From Chitinophagales bacterium (GTDB taxonomy: Bacteria > Bacteroidota > Bacteroidia > Chitinophagales > UBA10324), in NCBI GenBank assembly GCA_019694975.1, contig JAIBAY010000002.1:197252-261251 (forward strand): a stretch of DNA of 64,000 bases. The letters run 5' to 3'. Within the stretch, counting starts at the first letter, position 1; each line of letters opens with the position of its first letter. Shown here piece after piece: positions 1 to 9,934 of the stretch. The translations under genes were made by a program, and so were the position numbers. The notes beneath the pieces were generated by a model that made no database searches, was not told the DNA's origin, and saw only the letters and a program-made list of their open reading frames with translations.

Positions 1-71
1 TTCTGCCCTTTTTGCTTATGTAGAATACTATTCAACGGCTCTTCCACAAATCTTCGAGTATCAGCCCGGCT

Positions 72-1325
72 TTATCTCACAAAAATTAACTTACCGCTTC
101 TCACCGACAGGCCATTACTGTTAACCCGATAGAAATAGATGCCATCCGGGATTTGCCCTGCTGCAATTACATTTAATCCGTCAACCATCTCCGTATGCAA
201 CATATTCTCTCCGTTACAATTAAACAGGCCAAACTGAAGACCTGTAGCATGGCCTGCACTATTGATCAATATCTGATCACCTTGCTGACTGAAATAAAAA
301 GAACCAGGATTATTAGCGTCAGAAAATCCCGCAGCCGTACAAACTTCCACCACGATATTCAGTGAATCTGTGTTCGCACATCCGAAGCCATCTAAGTAGG
401 TGTAATATAGTGTGAATACGCCTGTTGACGGAGGCACGAAATGATCATTGTTGACACCGGGCCCGCTGAAAACGCCGCCGGAAGGGTCTCCCAATAAAAG
501 CACTGTTGCATCACTGAAACAGATAGTGTCCGCTTTTACCGTCATGGATACTTCCGTCAACGAATGAACTGTTACCTCTACCTCCGCTGAATCAATGCAA
601 CCGGATGTACCTGTTGCTGTCACTGTGTATTCACCACTCTCATTCACCACAATGGCAGAATCTGTTGCGCCGTTCGACCAAAGGTAGGTTATGCCTTCAC
701 TCTCCACATAAGTTTTAAATACCCAATCGAAATCCGTGAGGTAAGTGCCCGACGGATCTACAAAACCCATCACACCATTGATATACGGATTACCGGCGCC
801 GATTTGCAGGCCGTAAGGGTCGGGCATGCCAGGCCCGCCACGAATCTGAAAAGTGTAGGTATTACCTGCTATTACAGGTATGCTTTCTTCAAATGTGAGA
901 AGGCAGTTTCCCGCCGGGCAATTTATATTCACTACCTGTGAATCCAGCAGAGTGCCTCCGGTTCCGCTGCCTTCCCAGACTGTCCAGTAACCGGTTCCAT
1001 TGATGTAGTTAAAGAATCCGGCATCAATCTCCACCAGCGTGCCGGTGATGCCGGCCTGAAAGGATTGCCAATAAGAATACCCGGGCAGGTTGCGTGCACT
1101 TGTTCCGCCGTTGTAAAAAACCTGCGACTGATCGAGTGACAGCGAACCGCCACTGCCGGATGCAAGCAGTACCACCGAATCTCCTTCGCAAAAAGTGGTT
1201 GCACTTTGGGGGGTGATGGTTACATCGCATTGTGCCAGGGCAATGCCGGATGCAAAGACCAGTGCAGAAGCATAAGTAATCCTTATCACTGTGCTGAATA
1301 GATTCAAGGCTTTCATTAATTGCAT
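72..1325 (-). CDS. Secreted protein with T9SS (Por) C-terminal sorting domain
   Basis: 417-aa ORF with an N-terminal signal peptide (..ASGIALAQ). The C-terminus ..GIYFYRVNSNGLSVRSGKLIFVR is typical of the Bacteroidota T9SS CTD. Confidence 0.6.
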   Translation of the reverse strand: MQLMKALNLFSTVIRITYASALVFASGIALAQCDVTITPQSATTFCEGDSVVLLASGSGGSLSLDQSQVFYNGGTSARNLPGYSYWQSFQAGITGTLVEIDAGFFNYINGTGYWTVWEGSGTGGTLLDSQVVNINCPAGNCLLTFEESIPVIAGNTYTFQIRGGPGMPDPYGLQIGAGNPYINGVMGFVDPSGTYLTDFDWVFKTYVESEGITYLWSNGATDSAIVVNESGEYTVTATGTSGCIDSAEVEVTVHSLTEVSMTVKADTICFSDATVLLLGDPSGGVFSGPGVNNDHFVPPSTGVFTLYYTYLDGFGCANTDSLNIVVEVCTAAGFSDANNPGSFYFSQQGDQILINSAGHATGLQFGLFNCNGENMLHTEMVDGLNVIAAGQIPDGIYFYRVNSNGLSVRSGKLIFVR

Positions 1326-1434
1326 TTAAGTCAACAAAGTTTCCTCACCAACATCTGAATAAAAATGACAATCATCATGTTTTTGAATGAGTCGCTTTTC
1401 ATGCCGTTCGATGCAGAGCTTTTAGAGCAGGATG

Positions 1435-2199
1435 CTATTGACCGGATTTGTCTAATGCCAGGAGACGGCTCCGGTATGATTCCGGCAACAAGAGTTTCCT
1501 GACCCAGCCATCAAGATGAATCAATCTGCAGAACTTGTAAGCTGGTACTGAAGGTCGCAGCCAATGTGTCTGCCCAAATTTTAATAATGCATAAACTTCT
1601 TCAGGTACCACCAGCTTCTGCGCTTCAATCAAAATCTTGTACCGGCTTATACCTAACTGTTTTTTATACTGCAGGAAAAGGTCTGAAGTGTACCGGCTCA
1701 TGGCCAGATCATCCTGTATGTGCTGCCTGCGGCTGACTATCCACGATTCATAATTGGGGGGAAGATCCTGTAACTGCATGCGTTGTCCAACGCGATAAAA
1801 AACATCAAAGACCTCTTCCTTCTCTGCTGGCGTAAGCTGACGAAACAATAACTCATAAGCTGCAATGGAATAATGAATAAGCATATATAGTACATCGCGA
1901 TAGGCCCATGGCGGAATCTGACTGCCGCGGTTCATTTCAACCTGCCGGTGAATGAATGTAATCGTATCTATCGCTTTCAATGCATCGTCATCTGAAGAGA
2001 AAACAATTTTTTGAGCATATGCAACCGTGGAGAACAGTCGCCCAATGGGATCCGCAGGAAGCCTTCCTGTAAAATACAGCCAGTCCACTGCTTTGTTAAG
2101 CGCAAATTCTGCAGATGCCCCTGCAAATATGAAGAGTACCGTATCTGTATTTCCCCAAATGCTGCGCACTACCGATGACTCCTTTACAAAGTATTTCAT
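1435..2199 (-). CDS. MpaB/DUF2236-family oxygenase-like protein
   Basis: 254-aa ORF. The N-terminus (SIWGNTDTVLFIFAGASAEFALNKAVDWLYFTGRLPADPIGRLFST) resembles the DUF2236/MpaB family. Confidence 0.55.
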   Translation of the reverse strand: MKYFVKESSVVRSIWGNTDTVLFIFAGASAEFALNKAVDWLYFTGRLPADPIGRLFSTVAYAQKIVFSSDDDALKAIDTITFIHRQVEMNRGSQIPPWAYRDVLYMLIHYSIAAYELLFRQLTPAEKEEVFDVFYRVGQRMQLQDLPPNYESWIVSRRQHIQDDLAMSRYTSDLFLQYKKQLGISRYKILIEAQKLVVPEEVYALLKFGQTHWLRPSVPAYKFCRLIHLDGWVRKLLLPESYRSRLLALDKSGQ

Positions 2200-2401
2200 G
2201 TGAGGCTAAATTACCGAAAAGTTACTGCCGCTTAATCAGCACATAAAATGAATACGGAAAGCATGTGCCGGTTTGCCATAACCAACTGTGATCATTCTCA
2301 GAAAACAGAATTGCTGTTTATTATTGCCGTCATCTCGCTATTGTCAATGAATGATTTAATCTTCAAAAAATAGTATTTTTCCTTTCTTACTGATACTGCC
2401 A

Positions 2402-3697
2402 ATGAATTTCCCTTTATTAATGTTTTTCCTGGTAAGCTATTTAACGCCTGAACCGATGATTACCAACTTAAACAAGCAAGAGCAGGCCATCTGCAGTGCC
2501 GTTGATGCACGTGCAGCAGCGGCCATTGCCCTGCTGAAGGAGGCCGTCAATATCAACAGCGGAACAATGAACTTTGAAGGTGTGCGTAAGGTCGGAGAAC
2601 TGTTTATGGATGAATTGAAAAAGCTTGGCTTTGAAACGCGCTGGTCAAATGGCGCTGAATTCGGCCGTGCCGGTCACCTCGTAGCTGTTCATAAAGGAAA
2701 AGGAAAAAAATTTCTGCTGATTGGCCATCTCGATACAGTATTTGAAACTGACAATGAGTTTCAAAGCTGGGCCATGATAAATGATTCAACGCTACGGGGC
2801 CCCGGCGCCTCCGATATGAAAGGTGGTGACGTGATCATCATTTTAGCCATGCAGGCGCTGCAGGATGCCGGATTGCTGGATGACCTTTCCATTGAAATCA
2901 TTATGACCGGTGATGAAGAGTTGAACGGCGATCCGCTGTCGCTGTCAAAAAAAGATATCCGCGAAGCAGCTATCCGTGCTGATATCGCATTAGGTTTTGA
3001 AGATGGCGACGGACTACCGAACAGCGCCTTGATATCAAGACGCGGTTCATCCGAATGGACACTCACCGTGAAGGGCACACCTGCTCATTCATCACAGATA
3101 TTTACAACCAATGTAGGCAGTGGCGCCATCTTTGAAACAGCCCGCATTCTCCATTCATTTTACGAGGCATTGTCCGGAGAAGAAAACCTGACGTTCAATC
3201 CCGGACTCATTGCTGGCGGATCAGCTGTATCGTTCAGCAGCGAGACCAATACAGCCACCGCTTTCGGGAAGAATAATATTGTGCCTGGAGAAGTGATCGT
3301 GAAAGGCGATTTGCGCGCTGTATCCGCTGAACAACTGAAAAAGGCCAGGCAGATCATGGCAGACATTATCAAAGACAATTATCCTCAAACCGCTGCCACC
3401 ATTGATTTCGGAGATGATGGTTATCCGCCGATGACATTAACGCCTGGCAACAAAATGCTGCTCGATGCCTATTGTAAGATAAGCATTGATCTGGGATTTG
3501 GTCCCGTGAATGCTGTTCCGCCGCGTAATGCCGGCGCAGCCGATATCTCTTTTGCCGCCGACTTTGTGGAAATGGCACTCGACGGATTAGGCATTGCAGG
3601 TGCAGGCGGACATACTGCTAATGAAACGGCGAACCTGAATTATTTATCCATCGACGCCAAACGTGCTGCCGTGCTGATAGCCAGGATGGCAAAATAA
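2402..3697 (+). CDS. M20/M25/M40 family metallopeptidase (carboxypeptidase G2-like)
   Basis: 431-aa ORF with M20 motifs IGHLDTVF and GPGASDMKGG. The start may instead be the internal Met at 2456. Confidence 0.85.
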   Translation: MNFPLLMFFLVSYLTPEPMITNLNKQEQAICSAVDARAAAAIALLKEAVNINSGTMNFEGVRKVGELFMDELKKLGFETRWSNGAEFGRAGHLVAVHKGKGKKFLLIGHLDTVFETDNEFQSWAMINDSTLRGPGASDMKGGDVIIILAMQALQDAGLLDDLSIEIIMTGDEELNGDPLSLSKKDIREAAIRADIALGFEDGDGLPNSALISRRGSSEWTLTVKGTPAHSSQIFTTNVGSGAIFETARILHSFYEALSGEENLTFNPGLIAGGSAVSFSSETNTATAFGKNNIVPGEVIVKGDLRAVSAEQLKKARQIMADIIKDNYPQTAATIDFGDDGYPPMTLTPGNKMLLDAYCKISIDLGFGPVNAVPPRNAGAADISFAADFVEMALDGLGIAGAGGHTANETANLNYLSIDAKRAAVLIARMAK

Positions 3698-3727
3698 ACG
3701 CTCTGCGCTTCCCGTACTTCCTGCAAT

Positions 3728-4897
3728 ATGCAACACAAGTTATTTACACCTGTACAGATTGGTCCGTTGTTGCTTAGAAACCGTTCAATCCGTGCGGCAG
3801 CATTTGAAGGCATGTGTCAAAATCATGCCGTATCTCCGGAATTAATAGCTTATCATGAGGCTGTGGCTGCGGGAGGTATTGGCATGACTACGGTTGCCTA
3901 TGTTTCCGTGACCAGAGACGGGCTTTCATTTCCCCATCAGCTATGGATGCATGATGCAATTATTCCTTCGCTGAAAAAACTGACAGATGCAGTTCACCGC
4001 CATAATGCGGCTGCATCCATACAACTCGGCCATTGCGGCAACATGGCAAAACGCTCCGTAACGCGTACGCGTCCGGTTGCGCCTTCAGCCCGTATCAACT
4101 GGTACGCTCCCTCCTTTCCGCACGCTTTAAAGAAGGAAGAGATCTTTGCACTGGTTAAATCATTTGGTGCTGCTGTTAAGATGGCACAGCAGGCAGGCTT
4201 TGATGCGGTAGAAGTGCATGCCGGTCATGGCTACCTGATCAGCCAGTTTTTATCCCCTTACACCAATCGCCGCAATGATGAATTTGGCGGCTCGTTGACC
4301 AACAGGATGCGTTTCCTGCAGTTAGTGCTGGATGAAGTCATGCACGCTGCTGCCGGAAAAACTGCCGTGCTGGTAAAGATGAATATGCGTGATGGATTTG
4401 ATGGCGGCCTTGAACGGGAAGGTGCATTGCAGGTCGCCCTGCTTATGGAACGAATGGGCATACATGCACTGGTGCTGAGTGGTGGTTTCGTCAGCCGTGC
4501 ACCCATGTATATACTGCGTGGTGCAATGCCGGTGCAAACACTTGCTCAACATGTTGACAGCCGGCTGATGCGTTGGCTCGTTCGGCGCTTTGGTCATTGG
4601 CTTATCCGCGAAGTTCCGTTTTCACCAACCTATTTCCTCGACGAGGCGTTGATTTTCAGAAAAGAACTGAAGATGCCCCTTGTATATGTAGGCGGCATCC
4701 TCTCAGGCGAGCATATTGAGCAGGTACTGTCTGAAGGTTTCGATGCAGTGGCTATGGCAAGAGTATTGATTCACGATCCCGATTTCATCCATAAACTATT
4801 GCGACAGTCGCTGAGTCATTCCGCCTGTGATACGTGCAATTACTGCATTGCGGTAATGTACAACGGGCCGTTTAGTTGCATTCAGCATAAAACATAA
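3728..4897 (+). CDS. NADH:flavin oxidoreductase (Old Yellow Enzyme family)
   Basis: 389 aa with the OYE signature HAGHGYLISQFLSPYTNRRNDEFGGSLTNRMRF. Confidence 0.85.
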   Translation: MQHKLFTPVQIGPLLLRNRSIRAAAFEGMCQNHAVSPELIAYHEAVAAGGIGMTTVAYVSVTRDGLSFPHQLWMHDAIIPSLKKLTDAVHRHNAAASIQLGHCGNMAKRSVTRTRPVAPSARINWYAPSFPHALKKEEIFALVKSFGAAVKMAQQAGFDAVEVHAGHGYLISQFLSPYTNRRNDEFGGSLTNRMRFLQLVLDEVMHAAAGKTAVLVKMNMRDGFDGGLEREGALQVALLMERMGIHALVLSGGFVSRAPMYILRGAMPVQTLAQHVDSRLMRWLVRRFGHWLIREVPFSPTYFLDEALIFRKELKMPLVYVGGILSGEHIEQVLSEGFDAVAMARVLIHDPDFIHKLLRQSLSHSACDTCNYCIAVMYNGPFSCIQHKT

Positions 4898-5142
4898 TGC
4901 ATTGCAATAGCACAGCAGGGATACTAACTGATGTGATTGCAAATGTTTTCATCAAATAGCGCTCGTCATCTTAGCATGTTGCGGATCTTCACAAACTCCG
5001 GTGGCTTGGAAATATCCGGATTGCAGTTGATTCATCAATGCCGAAGTTCATGCCTGCATACAAGCAACTAATGATACACGGTTAATGCCTTAGCATGATG
5101 CATTTATTGCTGCATAATAAATCTCATATTTTTTTGTGCTGC

Positions 5143-5178
5143 ATAAAAAAAAGCGCCGGATCGGCAGTTGATCCGGCG
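5143..5178 (-). terminator. Rho-independent terminator downstream of the mscS-like gene
   Basis: GC-rich hairpin gcgccggatc/gatccggcg, followed on the minus strand by a run of 8 or more U. Confidence 0.6.
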
Positions 5179-5202
5179 TTGACAAAATTTTACAACTGAT
5201 GA

Positions 5203-6012
5203 CTATGCATTAATAATACGGCGGGTGGGCACCGGCGCTGAAATGCTGTTTTTGTCAAAAGCTTCTTTCATTTTTTCCTGTATGCCAAAGAAAACGCTCC
5301 AGTAATCTTCTACTGTAGCATAAGGAAAAACGGCGAGGGTCACCATGCCATCTCCTACCTTGGAAACATTCAGTGACGGCGCTGGGGTTTTCAATACTCC
5401 TTCAAAACTATTCATCACATCCATGGCAACCTGTCTCACTTTATTCATGTCGTTGTCAGGCGCCACAGCCATAGTAATCTCTACACGGAGGTTTCCATGT
5501 CTGCTTAGATTGACAATGGTTCCGTTTGAAACAGCACCGTTTGCCAATATCACCGTCTTGTTGTCCGGTGTGAGCAGAATGGTATTGAAAATCTGGATTT
5601 CCAGCACATGGCCTACATGTCCGCCTGATTCAATCAGGTCACCCACTTTAAACGGTTTAAAGACAAGCATCAGCACGCCGCCCGCAAAATTGGCCAGCGA
5701 ACCTTGTAAGGCAAGTCCGACTGCCAGTCCCAGCGCACCGATTACAGCAACGAATGATGTAGTTTGAATACCAAGCATGCCTGCAACCGTCACCAGCAGC
5801 AATACTTTCAATCCCACGCTCACCATGCTCCCTAAAAATGATTGAAGGGAAACATCTACCTGCCGCTTACGCAATGAAGCGGAAACCATTCGTGCAATAA
5901 AATTGGTGATGTAAAGTCCGACGATAAAAACGACCAAAGCGCCTAATACACTCGGTCCGTAAGAGGTCAGCAGTTGCATTACCCTGTCTGACAGTGATGT
6001 AAGATTATCCAT
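5203..6012 (-). CDS. Mechanosensitive ion channel (MscS family)
   Basis: 269 aa with three N-terminal TM helices and the MscS beta-domain motif FKPFKVGDLIE..G.V..I.IFNT.L.TPDNK.V.L.NG. Confidence 0.85.
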   Translation of the reverse strand: MDNLTSLSDRVMQLLTSYGPSVLGALVVFIVGLYITNFIARMVSASLRKRQVDVSLQSFLGSMVSVGLKVLLLVTVAGMLGIQTTSFVAVIGALGLAVGLALQGSLANFAGGVLMLVFKPFKVGDLIESGGHVGHVLEIQIFNTILLTPDNKTVILANGAVSNGTIVNLSRHGNLRVEITMAVAPDNDMNKVRQVAMDVMNSFEGVLKTPAPSLNVSKVGDGMVTLAVFPYATVEDYWSVFFGIQEKMKEAFDKNSISAPVPTRRIINA

Positions 6013-6107
6013 GGATGTAGTTGATTTAGATTTATGTCAACAAAATACAATTAATTCTTATCGAATAGCAAAACCCCGGGACAAGTGCCACCACAGTTTC
6101 CTTGGCG

Positions 6108-6240
6108 CCTGAAAATACTGCTCTATGCGAAAAATCAGAATGGCAACACAGGTCATCCTGAACTTGCTTCGCAGTCTTTCCGGTGAACAAGTCACTTCTA
6201 TCATACCTGCAGATACCTGCAAATTGAACGTTTTGAATTG
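6108..6240 (+). repeat. Degenerate copy of the ~120-nt intergenic repeat family
   Basis: Contains gtcatcctgaacttg.. and a terminal ..cgttttgaattga that resemble the core and 3' arm of the family, in the same orientation. Heavily diverged. Confidence 0.3.
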
Positions 6241-6289
6241 ATGAGGAAGTACTTGTTTCCGAAATGATCTGCTGCAGCAGTTGACCGTG

Positions 6290-6802
6290 TTAGTTTTTTC
6301 TTGCTGCCATGCCTCCGAGAATTAACCAGGTATCGCCCGATTTTTTCCAGGTATGCGTGAACTTATATGTTTCCTTTTTCACTTCTTGCTGCTGCTTATC
6401 CGTCCATATTTCATCGGCATCATAAAAAACAATGACAACACCTTCAATAGGATTTACCGCTTTCCGGTATAATTTGTAGCTGAAAACAAGGTTGGTGTCT
6501 TTATGCAACTCCGGAATCCAGGCGCCAATACCGCTTTTGCTGCTGACACCGTTTCCAAAACCGGGATATCCGATAAAATCATCATGCCACAGGGTTTTAT
6601 AGGATACTGTATCATTGTTACCAACATAGTACCAGTACTTCTCTTCCATCTGCCAGGCTTCATTCATCAATGAATCTTTGTTTTCAGCAGGCAGAAAAGA
6701 TTTGCCCTTTTCATCATCCCTGATGGTTTCCTTACAACTGTAGATGACCGTTGACAAAACCAAAATTGCGCCAATCATCAGGTAAAAGCCTGGTTTAAAC
6801 AT
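6290..6802 (-). CDS. Lipoprotein, possibly NTF2/SnoaL-like (DUF4440-like)
   Basis: The ORF track extends to 6883. The internal ATG at 6802 gives a lipoprotein-type signal (..LVLSTVIYSC). The fold assignment is only suggestive. Confidence 0.45.
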   Translation of the reverse strand: MFKPGFYLMIGAILVLSTVIYSCKETIRDDEKGKSFLPAENKDSLMNEAWQMEEKYWYYVGNNDTVSYKTLWHDDFIGYPGFGNGVSSKSGIGAWIPELHKDTNLVFSYKLYRKAVNPIEGVVIVFYDADEIWTDKQQQEVKKETYKFTHTWKKSGDTWLILGGMAARKN

Positions 6803-6987
6803 GGGGTTCGGTTTATTCAAATTGGAAAAAAGTAACTGCACCTGTGTAATTGATTTCAGCCAAAAATAAATAACGCTATCCATTTTTCACATGTTGCTGT
6901 ATGCAGACAAAACAGCAGGCGGTGTATAATGCAGTGGAACAGATGAAACTTTCCATTAGCTCCTAATAAATCAACACTGCATAACCA

Positions 6988-7107
6988 GAAGCAATCTCAA
7001 AATACTTACCGTCATCCTGAACTTGTTTGAGGATCTCTTCCACTCATTGACAGATGCCGAAATAAATTCGGCATGACCGCATTGAATGCATGTTTTGAGA
7101 TAGCTTC
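6988..7107 (+). repeat. Intergenic structured repeat, copy A
   Basis: Terminal inverted arms agaagcaatctcaaaa / ttttgagatagcttct. Internal hairpins atcctga..tgaggat and atgccgaa-ataaa-ttcggcat (7054-7074). Confidence 0.8.
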
Positions 7108-7118
7108 TGCACCACTTC

Positions 7119-7155
7119 AAAAAAAAACCCTTGCTATCTGACGACAAACAAGGGT
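7119..7155 (-). terminator. Rho-independent terminator after tRNA-Lys
   Basis: On the minus strand, hairpin acccttg..caagggt is followed by a 9-nt U-run, 16 nt downstream of the tRNA 3' end. Confidence 0.6.
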
Positions 7156-7170
7156 ATTAATCAATTTTAG

Positions 7171-7243
7171 TGATCCCGCTGGGACTCGAACCCAGGACCC
7201 CAACATTAAAAGTGTTATGCTCTACCGGCTGAGCTACGGAATC
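7171..7243 (-). tRNA. tRNA-Lys (anticodon UUU)
   Basis: Manual cloverleaf: acceptor GATTCCG/CGGGATC, D-arm GCTC-AGCCGGTA-GAGC, anticodon loop CTTTTAA, T-arm CTGGG-TTCGAGT-CCCAG. CCA is not encoded. Confidence 0.9.
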
Positions 7244-7260
7244 GCTGTTAAAAGTGGGTG

Positions 7261-7290
7261 CAAAGATAATCTGCGAAATAAGATTTGCAA
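7261..7290 (-). promoter_or_regulatory. Candidate Bacteroidota sigma-A promoter for tRNA-Lys
   Basis: On the minus strand, TTG-N19-TATCTTTG matches the TTG/TAnnTTTG consensus. The -7 box ends about 17 nt upstream of the tRNA 5' end. Motif match only. Confidence 0.35.
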
Positions 7291-7370
7291 ATATAGTCCA
7301 TTGTCACTAGCACTGAGTCGAGAAAACAGCTGACAACTAACGACGCTACTAACGACTAAGGACAAAAAAA

Positions 7371-7890
7371 TGCTGCAGGATCATAAGCCGGATTCTGTAT
7401 CATCCGTCATCGCCTCAGCGAAGATGGATCGCTCCACCTTCACCCGGCCTTTTCGGGATGCTGACATTCATTTATCTGGTCCCGGTATTACTATCGGGAT
7501 CAAGCGGTCTACCCACTTCCGGATCACCTGTTGGTGAATCAAGCGGGCAGCTCTGCGAACAGCCTTATCGGCAATTCACCGGAGTATATTTGACCTTACA
7601 GCCCGCAAGGTTTACCCTTTCCTGGTGTTACCACCACGAACCGTGAGCTCTTACCTCACGTTTTCACCATCGCTCGCCAAAATACAATGAAGGTTTGCCT
7701 TCACTGCCTTTGGTACCTTCCGTATTCGTAAGAAATGGAAAACCATTTCTCTTTGAAGCGGAACAAGCAGTTATTCTCTGTGGCACTGTCTTCCCGGCTA
7801 AAGCCGGAACCATCTGTTAGGTGGTGCGGTGCCCTGTGCTGTCCGGACTTTCCTCCCCGACAAGTCGGAGCGAATGCCTCACCTGCAGCA
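7371..7890 (-). ncRNA. rnpB: RNase P RNA (bacterial type A), unusually long (~520 nt)
   Basis: Minus strand carries GGAGGAAAGTCCGG (7843-7856), ACAGAGAA, GGTAAGAGCTCAC (~7643-7655), GGTAAACC..GTAAGGTCAAATA, GGGTAGACCGCTTGA, AGATAAATGAATGTC and ACAGAATCCGGCTTAT (7383-7398). The P1 helix pairs tgctgcagg (7371-7379) with cctgcagca (7882-7890). Confidence 0.85.
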
Positions 7891-7974
7891 AAATTTTCAA
7901 AGAACAAAGTATTGCAGTTAAAATAAGAAAGCCCCTGATCACTCAAGGGCTTTCCCAAAAGGTGATACCCGCAG

Positions 7975-8169
7975 TTATGAAATCACTTTCACATTTACTG
8001 CATTGGGGCCTTTTTTTCCTTCGGAGATCTCGAAAGAAACATTATCGTTTTCACGGATGTCGTTGATAAGACCTGTTGCGTGAACGAAAATTTCTTCATT
8101 CGTTCCATCCTGAATGATGAAGCCAAATCCTTTGGATTTGTTGTAAAACTTTACTTTGCCTGTGTTCAT
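7975..8169 (-). CDS. Cold-shock protein (CspA family)
   Basis: 64 aa, MNTGKVKFYNKSKGFGFIIQDG..IFVH, with RNP1/RNP2-like motifs. The longer track ORF to 8295 is an upstream extension. Confidence 0.9.
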   Translation of the reverse strand: MNTGKVKFYNKSKGFGFIIQDGTNEEIFVHATGLINDIRENDNVSFEISEGKKGPNAVNVKVIS

Positions 8170-8362
8170 TGAAATTGTAATTGATGAATTAAAAAATTGA
8201 AATCGTAACAAAGATAAAAAAATATTAAAATTCAGGTAACCGCGCGCAAAAAAACATGCAATGGTGGCCTGCTCCATCCATGACAGGTATGACATGGAGA
8301 TGTGTCGTAAATGAAGGGGTTCAGCTGTATCATAAGCACCGGCATACTGATTTAACCGGCTA

Positions 8363-9067
8363 TCAGGCTATGACCGTACGGTTCTCATTAATGTGGTCGG
8401 AAAAGATAACACCATCCTTCAACCGTACAATCCGGTGGGCAAACAGGGAGATATCCTCTTCATGCGTAACGATAATAACGGTATTTCCTTCCCGGTGGAT
8501 CTGATCAAATATCCCCATTATTTCGATGGAAGTCTTACTGTCTAAATTGCCGGTAGGTTCATCAGCGAGGATGATGGAAGGGTTATTGACCAATGCCCTG
8601 GCAATGGCCACCCGCTGTTTTTGTCCGCCGGAAAGTTCATTCGGCTTATGATCCATCCTGTCCGCCAGGCTTACTGCTTTCAGCATCTCGCGCGCCTTCT
8701 CATCACGGTAGGACTTCGTTTTACCGGCATAGATAAGCGGCAGAGCCACATTTTCTTCCGCTGTCATGCGCGGCATCAGGTTAAAAGTCTGAAACACAAA
8801 GCCAATCTCTTTATTGCGTATCACCGCCAGCTCATTGTCCCGCATGACCCCAACATCATTTCCGTTCAGGTAATACTTACCGCTGCTCGGTATGTCAAGC
8901 GCTCCAATGATATTCATCAGCGTTGACTTCCCGGAACCGGAAGGCCCCATCAGCGCTACATACTCATTCTTGTTAATGGTGAGATTGATTTCTTTCAGCG
9001 CAGGAATCACCACCTTTTCAAGCACATAGTCCTTTCTTATTTTCTGCAGTGATATTATTTCAGCCAT
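8363..9067 (-). CDS. ABC transporter ATP-binding protein (MacB/LolD/FtsE-like)
   Basis: Walker [13 protein letters not shown] signature [15 protein letters not shown] and Walker [12 protein letters not shown]. Confidence 0.9.
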   Translation of the reverse strand: MAEIISLQKIRKDYVLEKVVIPALKEINLTINKNEYVALMGPSGSGKSTLMNIIGALDIPSSGKYYLNGNDVGVMRDNELAVIRNKEIGFVFQTFNLMPRMTAEENVALPLIYAGKTKSYRDEKAREMLKAVSLADRMDHKPNELSGGQKQRVAIARALVNNPSIILADEPTGNLDSKTSIEIMGIFDQIHREGNTVIIVTHEEDISLFAHRIVRLKDGVIFSDHINENRTVIA

Positions 9068-9159
9068 CTTCTTTTCTTCGTTAAATCGCTAAAAAGTTCC
9101 TGTTTAAAAAAATCGCCGTCAATATACGCTGATTGCTTTGTTGCACGCTCTGCCTGCAA

Positions 9160-9900
9160 TTATTCATATTGCTTTAATTGTCTTTTGATGATATCGTGTA
9201 CCCGGTGTTTCAGTGCTTCCACATCATCCTGTGTCATCCCCTTCGTTTCGATGGGCGAATGTACAAACACTCTTGCGAATCCCGGCCTGCCATAGGTTTT
9301 CCATCCGTCCACAAATAATATCTTCCAGTTGTCAGCCATCGTAACCGGAACAACGGGCACCTGGTGTTCGATAGCCAGCCTGAATGGCCCGTTCTTGAAA
9401 CGAACCAATTCAGGAGGATGCGGCCCGATCATGCCTTCAGGGTATACCACGATATTCATTCCTCCTTTCAATCGCTCTCCTGCTATCTTCATCGACTTAT
9501 GTGACTCTCTTGCATTCTCACGGTTCACGGTGATATCTATGGTCTTAAAAAAAATATTGATGATGGGAAGGCTTGCCAACTCCTGCTTTCCCATAAAACA
9601 CCAGTTTCGGCGGGCTACCATGGCGGACATGGGTATATCAAAATAGGAGAAATGATTTGCGCAAAAGATGTATTTCTGCTGCCGGTCGAGTTGTTGCTCA
9701 TAGCGGATACGTGGGATGATACCAGTGAGCGGAAACAGCAGGTACGCCCACAGCATTCTCAGCTTGTTTGCCTGCTTCCACCATTTCCGGTTATAGAGGG
9801 TGATGAAAAAAGCAGGATAGAGTAAGAGGAAAATAAGTGTGAAGACGAAAAAATACCAATAGGCCCAAAGCACCTTCAGTGCGTGCGTGATTATTTTCAC
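9160..9900 (-). CDS. 1-acyl-sn-glycerol-3-phosphate acyltransferase (PlsC family)
   Basis: HX4D motif (ANHFSYFD) and the YPEG block. The start is uncertain. GTG at 9900 avoids overlap with trpS, whereas ATG 9957 and TTG 9972 would overlap the divergent trpS start. Confidence 0.7.
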   Translation of the reverse strand: MKIITHALKVLWAYWYFFVFTLIFLLLYPAFFITLYNRKWWKQANKLRMLWAYLLFPLTGIIPRIRYEQQLDRQQKYIFCANHFSYFDIPMSAMVARRNWCFMGKQELASLPIINIFFKTIDITVNRENARESHKSMKIAGERLKGGMNIVVYPEGMIGPHPPELVRFKNGPFRLAIEHQVPVVPVTMADNWKILFVDGWKTYGRPGFARVFVHSPIETKGMTQDDVEALKHRVHDIIKRQLKQYE

Positions 9901-9934
9901 AATGCCAAAAATAATTTTTTTTACTTTGCCCGCT

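Noticed and set aside
7458-8066. Four track ORFs (7458-7646 +, 7701-7958 -, 7735-7926 +, 7821-8066 +).
   Set aside because: They lie within or overlap the RNase P RNA gene (7371-7890). They have no protein motifs and overlap each other, so they are treated as non-coding artefacts.
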